A stretch of 64,000 nucleotides of DNA, from positions 897,103-961,102 of the forward strand of contig MU053520.1 of assembly GCA_013239625.1 (NCBI GenBank), in the 5' to 3' direction. Below, in pieces: positions 1-11,454 of the stretch (positions within the stretch are counted from its first letter, which is position 1; every line of letters begins with the position of its first letter). A program made the position numbers and the translations under genes. A model generated the notes under the pieces. It saw only the letters and a program-made list of their open reading frames with translations. It made no database searches and had not been told where the DNA came from. The DNA comes from Lama guanicoe. Lineage: Eukaryota.

Positions 1-874
1 AAAATGGTATGAATTCCAACAGGAGAAATGCATATTAATTGGTAAAAAACTGCTATAGCCATTACCCTATTGATATTCAGCAAAACTTGACTGGACTGAA
101 AAAAGAATGTCTTAGTTTTTACAAGTTGTGTGTTGTCATAATGTTGATTTTAGTGTGGATGTGCATACACTCTGCGAATAATAATATTTCTCAGGAATGA
201 CTCTACTGACAGTTGTGTTTCCCTTCATTAGCAGAGGCAATGGAAAGCTACTTAAGATGTTGGCAATAGACCACTAAGGCCAGTAGACTGGGTTTTAAGG
301 ACAGAAGCAGCATTAGGGGTAGTGTAGCCACTACCTTGTAATTCCCATGTTCTCTGAATAATGCAACAGTAATGATTCTACCTTTCAGGCTAATGAGAAT
401 TTAGGTCAGCTTCCCATCCACTTGGAAGTAAGCATTTGTGCTGACTGCCGCTCACTGGGCTAATGCATGATAAAGATGAGTGCTGATCTGAGAATCAGAA
501 AATACTGGCTCTGCCTCTGGAGATTTGAGTCTTTACTTTCTCTTCTCTACTTAGACTTATAACAGAGGGCATTTTGACCCGGATATATTACAGCACCACC
601 TCAGCAACATATCCCAACCTCCTAATCTTCCCTTCTAAGATGAATTTTATCTCTACTTTCCCAACCACTTAACTTTATTTCAATACATTCTATTTTCTGG
701 GCATTGTCCCATGTTTGGAGCTATAAAGACAGATCTGTAGGTGAACCATGCCCAGGAACCTTATGACCACACAGAGGGAGACAGTCATGTAAATGCATGT
801 GATACAATACAGCTTCACATGTTACATGCCCTGATACTCATATCTAAGACTCTCCCGTCCTTTAACCCTGTGAT

Positions 875-1306
875 AATTAGTAAAGGGAAACCTCACCAAA
901 ATGGAGTCAGGAAGCCAGAAAAGGGGAGCTCTTAGGCAGTATCAGGGGAGGTCAACGACAGGGAGCATTGTCAATTACAAACTCCAACAGATGAATCATC
1001 AGTCACAAGCCCCAATGGGAAAAGATGTACATTGCATCTCTCACAAGAGACTGGCTACCCCAGCAACTCAGCCACTGAGAAACCATCACCACCCTGAACT
1101 CTCCCTTTTCTCCAATGGGTTTTCACCCAAAACAACTGCTTCCAATTTCCTCCTTTTTCTCTATAAAATAACATTCCTCTCCTTTGTTTGTTGGACTTGC
1201 CTGAGATTTTTTTACCTTGGCTTGCTTGTCCAGAATTGCAATTCTTGGCCATGACCAAATAAACCCATTTTTTGCTAGTAAAATGACTGACTTTTTAAAA
1301 TTAACA
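875..1306 (+). mobile_element. Solo LTR, MER34-like (ERV1)
   Basis: Starts AAAGGGAAACCTCACCAAAATGGAGTCAGGAAGCCAG; TATAAAA at ~1161, AATAAA at ~1258, ends ...TTAACA. Confidence 0.65.
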
Positions 1307-1666
1307 GCCCCTACACCCCAATCTGTCACCTAATTTAGGTAATTTTCCCTTCAAGTATCAGTTCTCCTTCACTTAATGAGCATAACCTCTAAGAGAGCAG
1401 ACGTACTATTTGAACAACTAAGTCAATAAACATTATTGGATAAACTTGTTGAATGCTGAGAATAGTAATAAAAGGATTGTAGCTACTGAATAAATCTGTC
1501 AAATAAATAAAAATACATTCCTTTTTATTTAGCTCCAATGGAAGTAAGTTATTATTACCTTTCACTTGGACTATTGTACACAATTCTTAGTTTCAGTTTT
1601 TCCCTTTCCTAGCATTCACAAATTAAACTACCAAATGTGTTGCTCCTAAGCAATTATCATCTAATA

Positions 1667-1885
1667 CAAGGGTGGACAAACTTTTTCTATAATGAGCCAC
1701 ATAGTAAACATTTTCAGCTTTGTGCTCCACAGCATCTCTTTTGCTGCTAATCAGCTCTGCCTCTGTAAAGCAAAAGCAGCCATCAACAATATGTAAATGG
1801 ACAAGCAAGTTAGCCTGCGTTCTCATAAAACTGTTCGCAAAAGCAGGCACTGGGTCTGATTTGGCTTTAGCCTGTAGGTATCTGG
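1667..1885. mobile_element. MER58A-like hAT MITE
   Basis: CAAGGGTGGACAAACTTTTTCTATAATGAGCCACATAGTAAACATTTTCAGCTTTG...CATAAAACTGTT resembles the MER58A consensus. Confidence 0.75.
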
Positions 1886-2344
1886 TGTTCACAAAGCATT
1901 TCCATGAACGTTTTTTAGTAGATTTCTATGACAATGTTATAGTGGTTTTTCACACTTTCCCACCAAATAGTCATTGATTTCTCATGTGTAAGGCGTTGAG
2001 TTATGGACTAGAAATAGAAGAGGAATGAGGAGCAATTTCTGTCCTACTAGAAGAACTCATAGTCAAAACTAAAGAGAGGAGCCTGTAATAGGCAGAAACT
2101 ACACACTGAGATGAGTGTTGTATTAACAGCACACATAGAATGCTAAGAGAACAGTGTATGTCTTTAGTACATTCTCCTTGTTTTGTGCTACGGTACTACT
2201 TAGGTATTCAACAAACAGATTGCAGAACTTATTAGAACTGTTCAGAGAAAATACATCCAACCTCCAACTTCACTTCTCCCAAGATGCGAGGTGCTGATTT
2301 ATAATCTCAATTACAGTTTTCAACTTTATTTATTTATGTATTTA

Positions 2345-2728
2345 TTTTATAATAACATATTTTTAAATTGAAGTAGAGTTGATGTACAATGTTATGTTAC
2401 AGGTATACAGTATAGTGATTCACAACTTTAAGGTTATACTCTATTTGTAGTTATTATAAAATATTGGCTATATTCCCCATGTTGTACAATACATCCTCGT
2501 GGCTTATTTTATACCTGATAGTTTGTATCTCTTAATCCTCCACCTCCATTTTACCTCTCCCCCTTCCCCTCCCCACTGGTAACCTTCCTTCTTTACATCT
2601 GTGAATCTATTTCTTTTCTGTCATATTCACTAGTTTGTTGTGACCAGATGTAAGTGATATCTTACAGTATTTGTCTCTCTCTGCCCGATTTATTTCACTC
2701 AGCATAATGCCTTCCAAGTCCATCCATA
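2345..2728 (-). mobile_element. LINE-1 3' UTR fragment
   Basis: T-rich tail followed by TTGAAGTAGAGTTGATGTACAATG...TTATTTCACTCAGCATAATGCCTTCCAAGTCCATCCAT, the reverse complement of an L1 3' end. Confidence 0.85.
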
Positions 2729-2782
2729 CTGTACGCCAGAAACTAATACAACATTTTAAATCAATTGCACTTCAATTAAAAA

Positions 2783-3325
2783 GCAAGCAAACAAACAACC
2801 CATTTGAAATATGGGCAGAAGAACTAAACAGACATTTTTCCAAAAGAGGAAGTGCAGATGGCCAACAGAGACATGAAAAGCTGCTCAACATCCCCAATAT
2901 CAGGGAAATGCACATCAAAATCACAATGGGACACCATCTCACCGCTGTCAGAATGGCCATTAATGAAAATAACAGAAATAACAGATGTTGGCAAGTATGT
3001 GGAGAAAAGGGAAACTACCATGGGATGGGGATGCAAATTGGTGCAGCCGCCATGGAAAACAATATGGAGGATTCTCAAAAACCCCAAAACAGAACCATCA
3101 CATGGCCTAGTGATGCCAATCCCAGGCACACACCCAAGAAAAACAAAAACATTAATTCAAAAAGACACATACATCCTGCTGTTAACAGCAGCACCATTTA
3201 AAGTCACCGATACATGGAAGCCTCCCAAGCACACATCAGTGGCTGAATGGATAAAGAAGATGCAGCACATTTATGCAATGGAACACAACTCACTCATAAA
3301 AAAGGCTATTTTGCCATTTGTGGCC
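2783..3325 (+). mobile_element. LINE-1 ORF2 C-terminal fragment
   Basis: Broken-frame translations NNPFEIWAEELNRHFSK, QMANRDMKSCSTS, CKLVQPPWKTIWR, EWIKKM are L1 ORF2p C-terminal motifs. Confidence 0.9.
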
Positions 3326-3399
3326 CTTCATTCACTTATTCTTTTTTTTTTTGGACTTCGAGAACCAGAATTTTATAATGGGCATAAACATTTCCATTG

Positions 3400-3687
3400 C
3401 ATCAACAGCAACAAAATATCTAGAAATAAACCTAACCAAGGAGATTACCTATACTCTGAAAACTGTAAAATGTTGATGAAGGATATTGAAGATAATACAA
3501 AGAAATGGAAAGGTACTCTTGGACTGAAAGAATCAACATTATCATAATGACTGTACTATTGAAATAAATCTACAGATTCAATACAACCCCTGTCAAAATA
3601 CCTACAATATTTTTCACAGAACTAGAAAAAACAATTCCAAAATTTATATGGAATCATAAAAGACCCCTAATTGCCAAAGCAATTTTT
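3400..3687 (+). mobile_element. LINE-1 ORF2 fragment (downstream of RT)
   Basis: DYLYSENCKMLMKDIEDNTKKWK; TACAGATTCAATACAACCCCTGTCAAAATACC...TGGAATCATAAAAGACCC. Confidence 0.85.
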
Positions 3688-3711
3688 CATAGGTATTTTA
3701 AAAAATTTTTA

Positions 3712-5171
3712 ATATATATTTTTATTGAAGTATATTCAATTTACAAGGCTGTGTCAATTTCTAGTGTACAGCACAATACTTCAGTCATAGAGGAACATAC
3801 ATATCTTCATTTTCATATTCTTTTTCACTGTAAGTTACTATAAGATATTGAATATGGTTCCCTATTCTATACAGTATATACTTATTATTTATCTATTTTA
3901 TATATATTAGCTAGTATCTGCAATTCTCAAACTACCAATTTATCCTTTCCCATGCCCTTTCCCCTCTGGTAACCATAAGTTTGTTTTCTATGTCTGTGGG
4001 TCTGTTTCTGTTTTGTAAAAAAAGTTCATTTGTCTTTTTTCTTTCTTTTTAGATTTCATATAGAAGTGATATCATATGGTATTTTTCTTTCTCCTTCTGG
4101 CTTATTTCATTTAGAATGACATTCTACAGGTCCATCCATGTTCCTGCAAATGGCATTATTTTATTATTTTTTATGGTTGAGTAATATTCCATTATATAAA
4201 TATATCACAAATTCTTTATCTAGTCATTTGTTGATGGATATTTAGTTTGTTTCCATGTCTTGGCTATTGTAAATAGTGCTGCTGTTAACATTGGAGTGCA
4301 TGTGTCTTTTTAATTAAGATTCCTTCTGGATATATACCTAGGAGTGGGATTGCTGGATTATATAGAAAAGTTATTTGTTATCTTTTGAGGAATCTCCATA
4401 CTGTTTTCCATAATGGTTGCACCAACCTACATTTCCACCAGCAGTGTAGGAAGGTTTCCTTTTCTCAACAGCCTCTCCAGCATTTATTGTTTGTGCACTT
4501 CTGAATTACAGCCATTCTGACTTGTGTGAGGTGATAATGCAGTTTTGATTTGCAATTTTCTGGTAATTAGTGATATTGAACATTTTTTCATATGCCTATT
4601 GGCCGTTTGTATGTCTTCATTGGAGAATTGCTTGTTTAGGTCTTCTGCCCATTTTTGGATTTTTTTTCTCATTAAGTGGTATGAGCTGTTTATACATTCT
4701 AGAGATTAAGCTGTTGTCAGTTTCATCTTCTGCAAATATTTTCTCCCATTCTTAGGTTGCCCTTTTGTTTTATTTATGATTTCCTTCACTGTGCAAAAGC
4801 TTGTAAGTTTAATTAGGTCCTATTTGTTTATTTTTGCTTTTCTTGCTATTGCTTGGGTAGACTGCCCTAGGAGAGTATTGTGAAGATTTATGTCGGATAA
4901 TGTTTTGCTTATGTTTTCTTCTAAGAGGCTTATAGTGTTTTGTCTTATGTTTAAGTCTTTAAGCCATTTTGAGATTATTTTTGTGTATGGTGTAAGGGAG
5001 TGTTCTAACTTCACTGATGTACATGCAGTTGTCCAGTTTTCCCAACACCATTTACTGAAGAGACTGTCTTTACTCCATCGTATGTTCTTGCCTCCTTTGT
5101 CAAAACTGACTGACTGAAAGTTTGTGGACTTATTTCTGGGCTCTCTATTCTGTTCCATTGATCCATATGTC
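3712..5171 (-). mobile_element. 5'-truncated LINE-1 (end of ORF2 plus full 3' UTR), camelid-type
   Basis: Minus-strand ORFs [24 protein letters not shown]...KWLKDLNIR and [13 protein letters not shown]; 3' terminus TTTTATTGAAGTATATTCAATTTACAAG. Confidence 0.95.
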
Positions 5172-5284
5172 AATCTTTACTTTAGCTGTGTCTTTTTTTA
5201 TCTGTTACTCAATGTAAATTGCTTACTTTCTTCATCTCAGTTTTTCCTATGATCTTTTCAAGACTTCATACCAGTTAACTTCTC

Positions 5285-5933
5285 TCTGCTTCAGACATAT
5301 CCCTGTATATTCAGCATTGATACTGAGTCTGGGACTCTGTGCACTGTCTTTCTCCTTTGGCAGCTGATTCCGTACTTGGCTCTTTCAAAAAGAGACACTA
5401 GAAGGAGACTCTAAAATTGGACAAACTGAAGGGGCCACTCCATCCTCTTTTTCTCCCATTCTTGGCAGCAGTATCTCATCTCCTCTTCTTCACTCCCCAG
5501 TGACAGTTCTCTGCAGAAGCAATAATTGAATCAATGTTACAATGTTTCTAAATCTCACAGAACCAGACCTCATATGCCCCCTTCACATGCACCAGCTGCA
5601 GTCTAGGTCCCTCTCTCTCAAAGGTATGTGTCCCAAGTACACAGGACCCTTCTTCAGCTCAAAGATTTCAACACCAGCTCTGCCAGACCCTGTTCTCAAA
5701 GATCTGAGTCTGAATTGTGGGACCCCCTCTCCTCCATGCTTCTAAGTTTTAACAATTTCAGCCTCTTTCTTTTGCTTCTGCAGCCTTAGGAATGGTAGCT
5801 GCTTCCTGGCAATGCTGTCACTGTGATACATTCCTATTCTCTTTTTATCTTTTCCAATACCTGGTTAACAATTTTATACGTGTTCAAATAACCAGTGTGG
5901 TTTCTGTCTCCCAACAGGACTCTGATTAATACA
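5285..5933 (+). mobile_element. LTR33-like ERVL solo LTR
   Basis: Ends GTTCAAATAACCAGTGTGGTTTCTGTCTCCCAACAGGACTCTGATTAATACA, typical of the LTR33/LTR16 group. Confidence 0.6.
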
Positions 5934-6942
5934 ATTTGCGATCTAGAAAACATTTGTGATCCAATTTTCTCTTTGGATTCTTCCCCCAAAACATATATTT
6001 TTTCCAAAAAGAAAATATTTATGTTATTCATGTTGACAGTTTATTTATCCTACACCTATTTGGTACCTATAATGTGTCAGGAATTATGTTAAAGCTGGAG
6101 ATAACAAAGAAGAGCAAGACCCAGTTTCTCTCCCAAGGAACTCACAATGCCATGGAGAGATAGAAATGTAAGCATAAAATTGTCATTACAGGGTTGCAAA
6201 TGTTATGATAAAAGATACAGAAATAACACCATGTAGGCAGTGGTAAATATTCAAGGGGCTGAAAAGAAGTTGTCCTGTCTGAGTATAAAGAATACACAGA
6301 TGGTTAGCAGACAACTGGAAGGGATAAGGGTTACTCGAGGAAACACAAAACTGCCGGGAACTGTCTGGCATCAACCAATGACACTGGTCAACTGAAGAGT
6401 AAGGCGTGAGAATGACACTGAAAAAGGAACTTTGAATAGTTCTACCAGATCATAGAGGTCCTTCTTAACATGCTGGAGAGCTTTAACTTCATCTTTTAGG
6501 CCAGACACATTTAAAAAATTAAATCACTCTAATCATTTAAAATTTGGGATACTTCATACAGATTTCTGGTTTTTCTTGAAATATCAGACCATCTGGCTAT
6601 ACTGAGTCCACAATTGCTAGAGATGAGTAATTATTGCCCTCTTTAGGTGGAACCCTCCTTTCCAGGTGGCCAAAGTCTACTTGCTGCTTTTTTTCATTAA
6701 ATTATTAACCTGGTTGACCTATGTAGGTACTTGCCATCCTGCTTTACTAAATGAGAAATGTTTAAGCAAGGAGATCTCATGATTAAATGTATGGTTTGAA
6801 AAAAATCAATAGAGGTAATATAATAGATGATGAATAATAGGATAGAATAGGTCAGAAGGCTTCATGGTAATTCAGTCAAAGCAATGATGCCTAAAACCTT
6901 TCAGGAGACAATGGCAATTGGGAGGTGAAAATAGATGGACAA

Positions 6943-6987
6943 TTTTCATCTAAAGAAAAAAGGACATCCTTTTTCTTTAGATGAAAA
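6943..6987. repeat. Near-perfect inverted repeat (21-22 bp arms, 2-nt spacer)
   Basis: TTTTCATCTAAAGAAAAAAGGA-CA-TCCTTTTTCTTTAGATGAAAA; arms differ only by A6 versus T5. Confidence 0.95.
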
Positions 6988-7724
6988 AGTAGGATTGATA
7001 CGATTTAGAAAAGGGCCAGATAAGAGGTGTAGGGGGAGTAAAGATAAGTGTATCCATTATTTCTAGAGTTTCTGGCTTAAGATACTCCACACAAATCTTT
7101 CTTGCTTGTAAACTGTAACTTTGTGGGTTATATATCAGCCAAATTACACAAACTACCCATTTTTGAGAAGGGAAATGATACTAAGTTACTTGAGAAATTT
7201 AATCAGGTTACATTTTTAAAGATACCAGTAAATCCAGCATGTTTAAATATTGGATTTACAGTACAAGGCCAGAAAAATGCCAAGATGAATTGGAACACAT
7301 AAATACCATGTTTCTGTGCATTAAAATGAAGAGATTCCAAGTTTGAAATCCTCAATAAAAGTCTGGCCAAGTCTCAATTGTAAATTTAACTGATGAAATC
7401 TGACACGTCTAGATAAGTATTGTTACTAGGTATTATAAAATTTGTTTCAGAATATGAGATTAGACAAAACCAGAGTTATCCTAAACTAAGATAGGTGGTT
7501 TTGAAGAATTTAAAAAATAATCCATTTACTGAACCATCCTTCCCCTTTCAGGGCTTGGGAAGGAATTTGTGGATGTCCTCACCAAGTGGGACTGGCTAGA
7601 ATTTGGGACACAGGTGTGAAAGCTAAGTCAGTAGCTAATCCTATTTTGGGTGGCTGGAGCAGAAACAGCAAAGGAGTTTTAGAGATAATCTCAGAAATCA
7701 AGATAAGTAGATAAATCAATTGAC

Positions 7725-9070
7725 TCAATAATTCTGCATAACTACCAACATCAAAACTTAGTGAATTAAATTGATTAGCATTTATTTAGCACCAAAGGTT
7801 GTGGGTTGGCCGTGTGATTCTGCTGATTTGGGCGTGAATGATCTCTGCTGAGCTCTCTTATGACTTTGCAGTCAGCAGGCAGTCAGCTCAAGACAGTATG
7901 GTTTCAGATGCCCTCTGCTTGGACGGCGTGTTTCTGCTGCCTGTGGGCCCTTGCATTCCTTCAGCATGGAAGTCCAGATGTGTTCGCATGGCAGGCTCAG
8001 GGGTTCAAGTGAAAGCAGGGCAGGTAGAGAAGAAGTAATGCAAGGAGGCATCTTGAGGCCTAGACTCAGAATCAGCACACTATTCATTCTGCCATGCTCC
8101 GTAGGCAAAACAAGTCAACAGTCTTATGTTTAAGTCTTTGATCTACTTTGAGTTGATTTTTGTGTATGGTGTAGGGGAGTGTTCTAGCTTCATTGCTTTA
8201 CATGCTGCTGTCCCATTTTCCCAACACCATTTGCTGGAGAGACTGTCTTTATTCCATTGTATATTCTTGCCTCCCTTGTGAAAGATTAGTTGACCAAAAG
8301 TTTGTGGGTTCATTTCTGTGCTCTTTATTCTGTTCCATTGGTCTATATGTCTGTTTTTGTACCAATACCATGCTGTCTTGATGACTGTAGCTCTATAGTA
8401 TTGTCTGAAGTCTGGGAGAGTTACCCCTCCAGCCTCTTTCTTTCTCTTCAATAATGCTTTGGCAATTCTAGGTCTTTTATGGTTCCATATAAATTTTATT
8501 ATGATTTGTTCTAGTTCTGTGAAATATGTCCTGGGTAATTGGATAGGGATTGCATTAAATCTGTAGATTGCCTTGGGCAGTTGTGACCATTTTAACAATA
8601 TTGATTCTTCCAATCCAGGAGCATAGGATATCTTTCCATTTTTTTAAGTCTTCTTTAATTTTCTTCATCAATGTTGTATAGTTCTCCGTGTATAATTCTT
8701 TCACCTCCTTGGTTAGATTTATTCCTAGGTATTTTATTACTTTGGATGCTATTTTAAAGGGGATTGTTTCTTTACTTTCTTTTCCTGTTGATTCATCATT
8801 AGTGTAAAGAAATGCAACAGATTTTTGTACATTAATCTTGGAACCTGCTACCTTTCTGAAAGCTTCGTTCGGCTCTAGCAGTTTTTATGTGACCTTTTAG
8901 GGTTTTCAATACATAGTATCATTTCATCTGCATATAGTGACACTTTTACCAATCCAGAGTCAAGTGAAGAGAATATAGCCACTCTGTCTTGTTAGGGGAA
9001 GCTGTAAACTCAGATTGCAAACAGTATGGATTTTAAGGAGGTCATCAATTGATGCCATCAATAGAATAAA
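7725..9070 (-). mobile_element. MLT1-family (MaLR) LTR interrupted by an L1 fragment
   Basis: AAAACTTAGTG...TTGAGGCCTAGACTCAGAA...TTCTGCCA...CAAAACAAGTCA, resuming after the L1 as ATCCAGAGTCAAG...GGGGAAGCTGTAAA. Confidence 0.7.
8121..8950 (-). mobile_element. Internal LINE-1 ORF2 fragment without 3' UTR or poly-A
   Basis: ORF 8143-8613: [16 protein letters not shown]...[35 protein letters not shown]...KWCWENG...PYTKINSK. Confidence 0.95.
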
Positions 9071-9339
9071 TCAATACATACTCTTAGAGAAACTTGGCAA
9101 ACATTTGGTTAGAAGGATTGAAAATAGTAAACAAAGCCAAATGCCAAGAGCTGGGTCGAAATGTAATGAACACAGCAACTTTAATGATAAGGAGAGTTCT
9201 GGATAATTAATAACAGTTTACATGACTATGACTCGCATGTATTGATGTTTGATTCACAAAAGTGAATGTAGCTCACTTTTAAAGGTACAAGGCTCAGGCA
9301 ATCAACTAATCATAAAATGTTTGTTTGTTCCAGGATTTT

Positions 9340-9547
9340 CAGTGGTTCTCAACTGAGGGTGATTTTCCTGCCAAGGCATATTCAGCCGTATTGAAGACAG
9401 TTTTATTTGCCACAGTTAGGGAGGGATTGCTACTGGGATCTAGCGAGTAGAAGCGAAGGGTGCTGGGATTCCACAATGCTCAGGATCGCACCTTACCACA
9501 ATGGGAAAAGCCTCCAAGTGTCGACCGCACCAAGGTTGGAAGACCTG
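9340..9547. mobile_element. MER20 hAT MITE
   Basis: CAGTGGTTCTCAACTGAGGGTGATTTT...TGCTACTGGGATCTAG...AAGGTTGGAAGACCTG. Confidence 0.8.
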
Positions 9548-11454
9548 GTATGGACTGATCCTCTGGCACCATGGGGGAGCATGGGTAGTGAAGAGTGATC
9601 CAGATTTCTTGTGAAGATTTAGAGATAAGGTGTATTAAAGGTGTATTCATATTCACATTGAGAGTTTATGTGTAAGTCTGAACTTAACCAACACAAACAT
9701 TTAATAACATGGCTGTAAACTTAGGTGAACAGAAACGGTTACTGAGGAGCAAATGGTCATCCAATCCATGAATTTTGCTGTGCAGAACTTCTATGGAAAC
9801 ATACCCAGTTCTTCACTTAAGCAAATGAGAAAAATCATAATAGAATGGATGAATTTGGATCAGCCAATGGCTGCAAAGGAATTGATGATTGAGGAAATGC
9901 CCTAAAAGTACAAAACCCTTGGATATTTTGGTTGAAAGACAAATACAATACTTAATCTTTCAATAGGCCCTGTGGACATTATTATATTACGGGACAGTGG
10001 AAGTAACATCACATAAACCACATGAGGTTTTCAAATAGATGATTTCTCTCTCTTTGAGGGCTATTTTAAAAATGTAACCATTTTGCTTGAGGCCATTCTG
10101 AAAGTTTTCAAGCTCTTCTGTGTTTTCCTAAATGAAATGTAGAGAATTTAATTTAACTTACTTCTTTCTATACAAAAACTATAACACATACATACACTCA
10201 CACACATACATATGACACATACATAAATGACAGGGTTGTTTCTTTTATAATTGTGTTAACTCTCAGTAGAGTCTTATATACTTACTGGTTAAAATTTTAC
10301 AAGACATGCATTTACTATTCTAACAGTTTAATCCATTTACTAATTTACCATGAATGTGCTACTATTTAATCAATGAGTTGTAATGCCTTCTGACAGCCCA
10401 GGAAAGGAGTATGAGGAGTTTTCCAAGATTGAATTACTCAGCCAGTTCCACTGGTCCCTGACAGGTGATAATTCTTGACTTTAGTCCTTAAATATTGGCA
10501 TTTGCTTTTCTCTGGTAACTTCTAGGTACCATATAAAAGAAAAACATTCATCATAACTTTACACAATGCCAGTTAATCTTTGGGGGTAGACAATAGTACA
10601 GTTCAATCTTCTTTGCTTATTAATTTATTAACACAAATACTAGTTTTTCTCAAATTACTAAATTTTGTTCCTAGAGATTTCTTCCAATTGTCTTGAAGAA
10701 AACTTTATAAATGATAGTTTGGTTATTCCCTCCTATAACCTGTACCCTTTTTCTAAAGTGATTTAAAAAAGAGGTTTAGTGAGGAGCGAGTAAATGAATA
10801 TGAATTATTTAGCAAATACAGATGACCGTTATATTCTTCAAAGACTCATAAAATATTACAACATATTATTCTGAAAGTTATTTATAAAATATCCAGAAGT
10901 ATAAAAAAAGAATGAAATGCCCTGAAGTTCTCATGAGAGCCCTTAAACTCATCCTCAGGTAGGTAGGCAGACACGTGTGCGCACACACGCAGTTCCCACC
11001 AAGCAGGACTTTGGGAGGTTTCCTACAATCAGGAGACTCCTCGTTCTGCTGCCTGCCAAGAACTCAAGCTATGCCCATCAGGCTGTAATGACGAAGCTGT
11101 TCATTAGCCAGCAGGTGGCTGTGCTAATTGATTTGGGAGGCAGTGTGGTGTGTCAGAGGAGATCAAGCTTTGGAGCTAGACAGCACTTCATCTGTAAGCA
11201 GCCTAAATATGAAACTCACTGTGACTTTTATCTTGGAACCTCAGTTTCACCTTCAGACACGCGTTTAAAAGCACCCCTTCTCAATGTTATCATCAGTCAG
11301 TTTCTTCAAGAGTCATTTTTAAGTTTCCCTTTTCCATCCTTGTGGATAGTGTTAGAAGGTTTGCTTGAGGTGCTGCAGCTTCCCTCAGCATCCCTGAAAG
11401 TCTCCCTTGGCCATGGCTTATCAGCAATGGAGAGGGGCTGAGAAGAGTGCCCAG

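Noticed and set aside
2671..8613. L1-derived ORFs as functional genes
   Set aside because: Fragmentary, frameshifted ORF2 pieces; no full-length L1.
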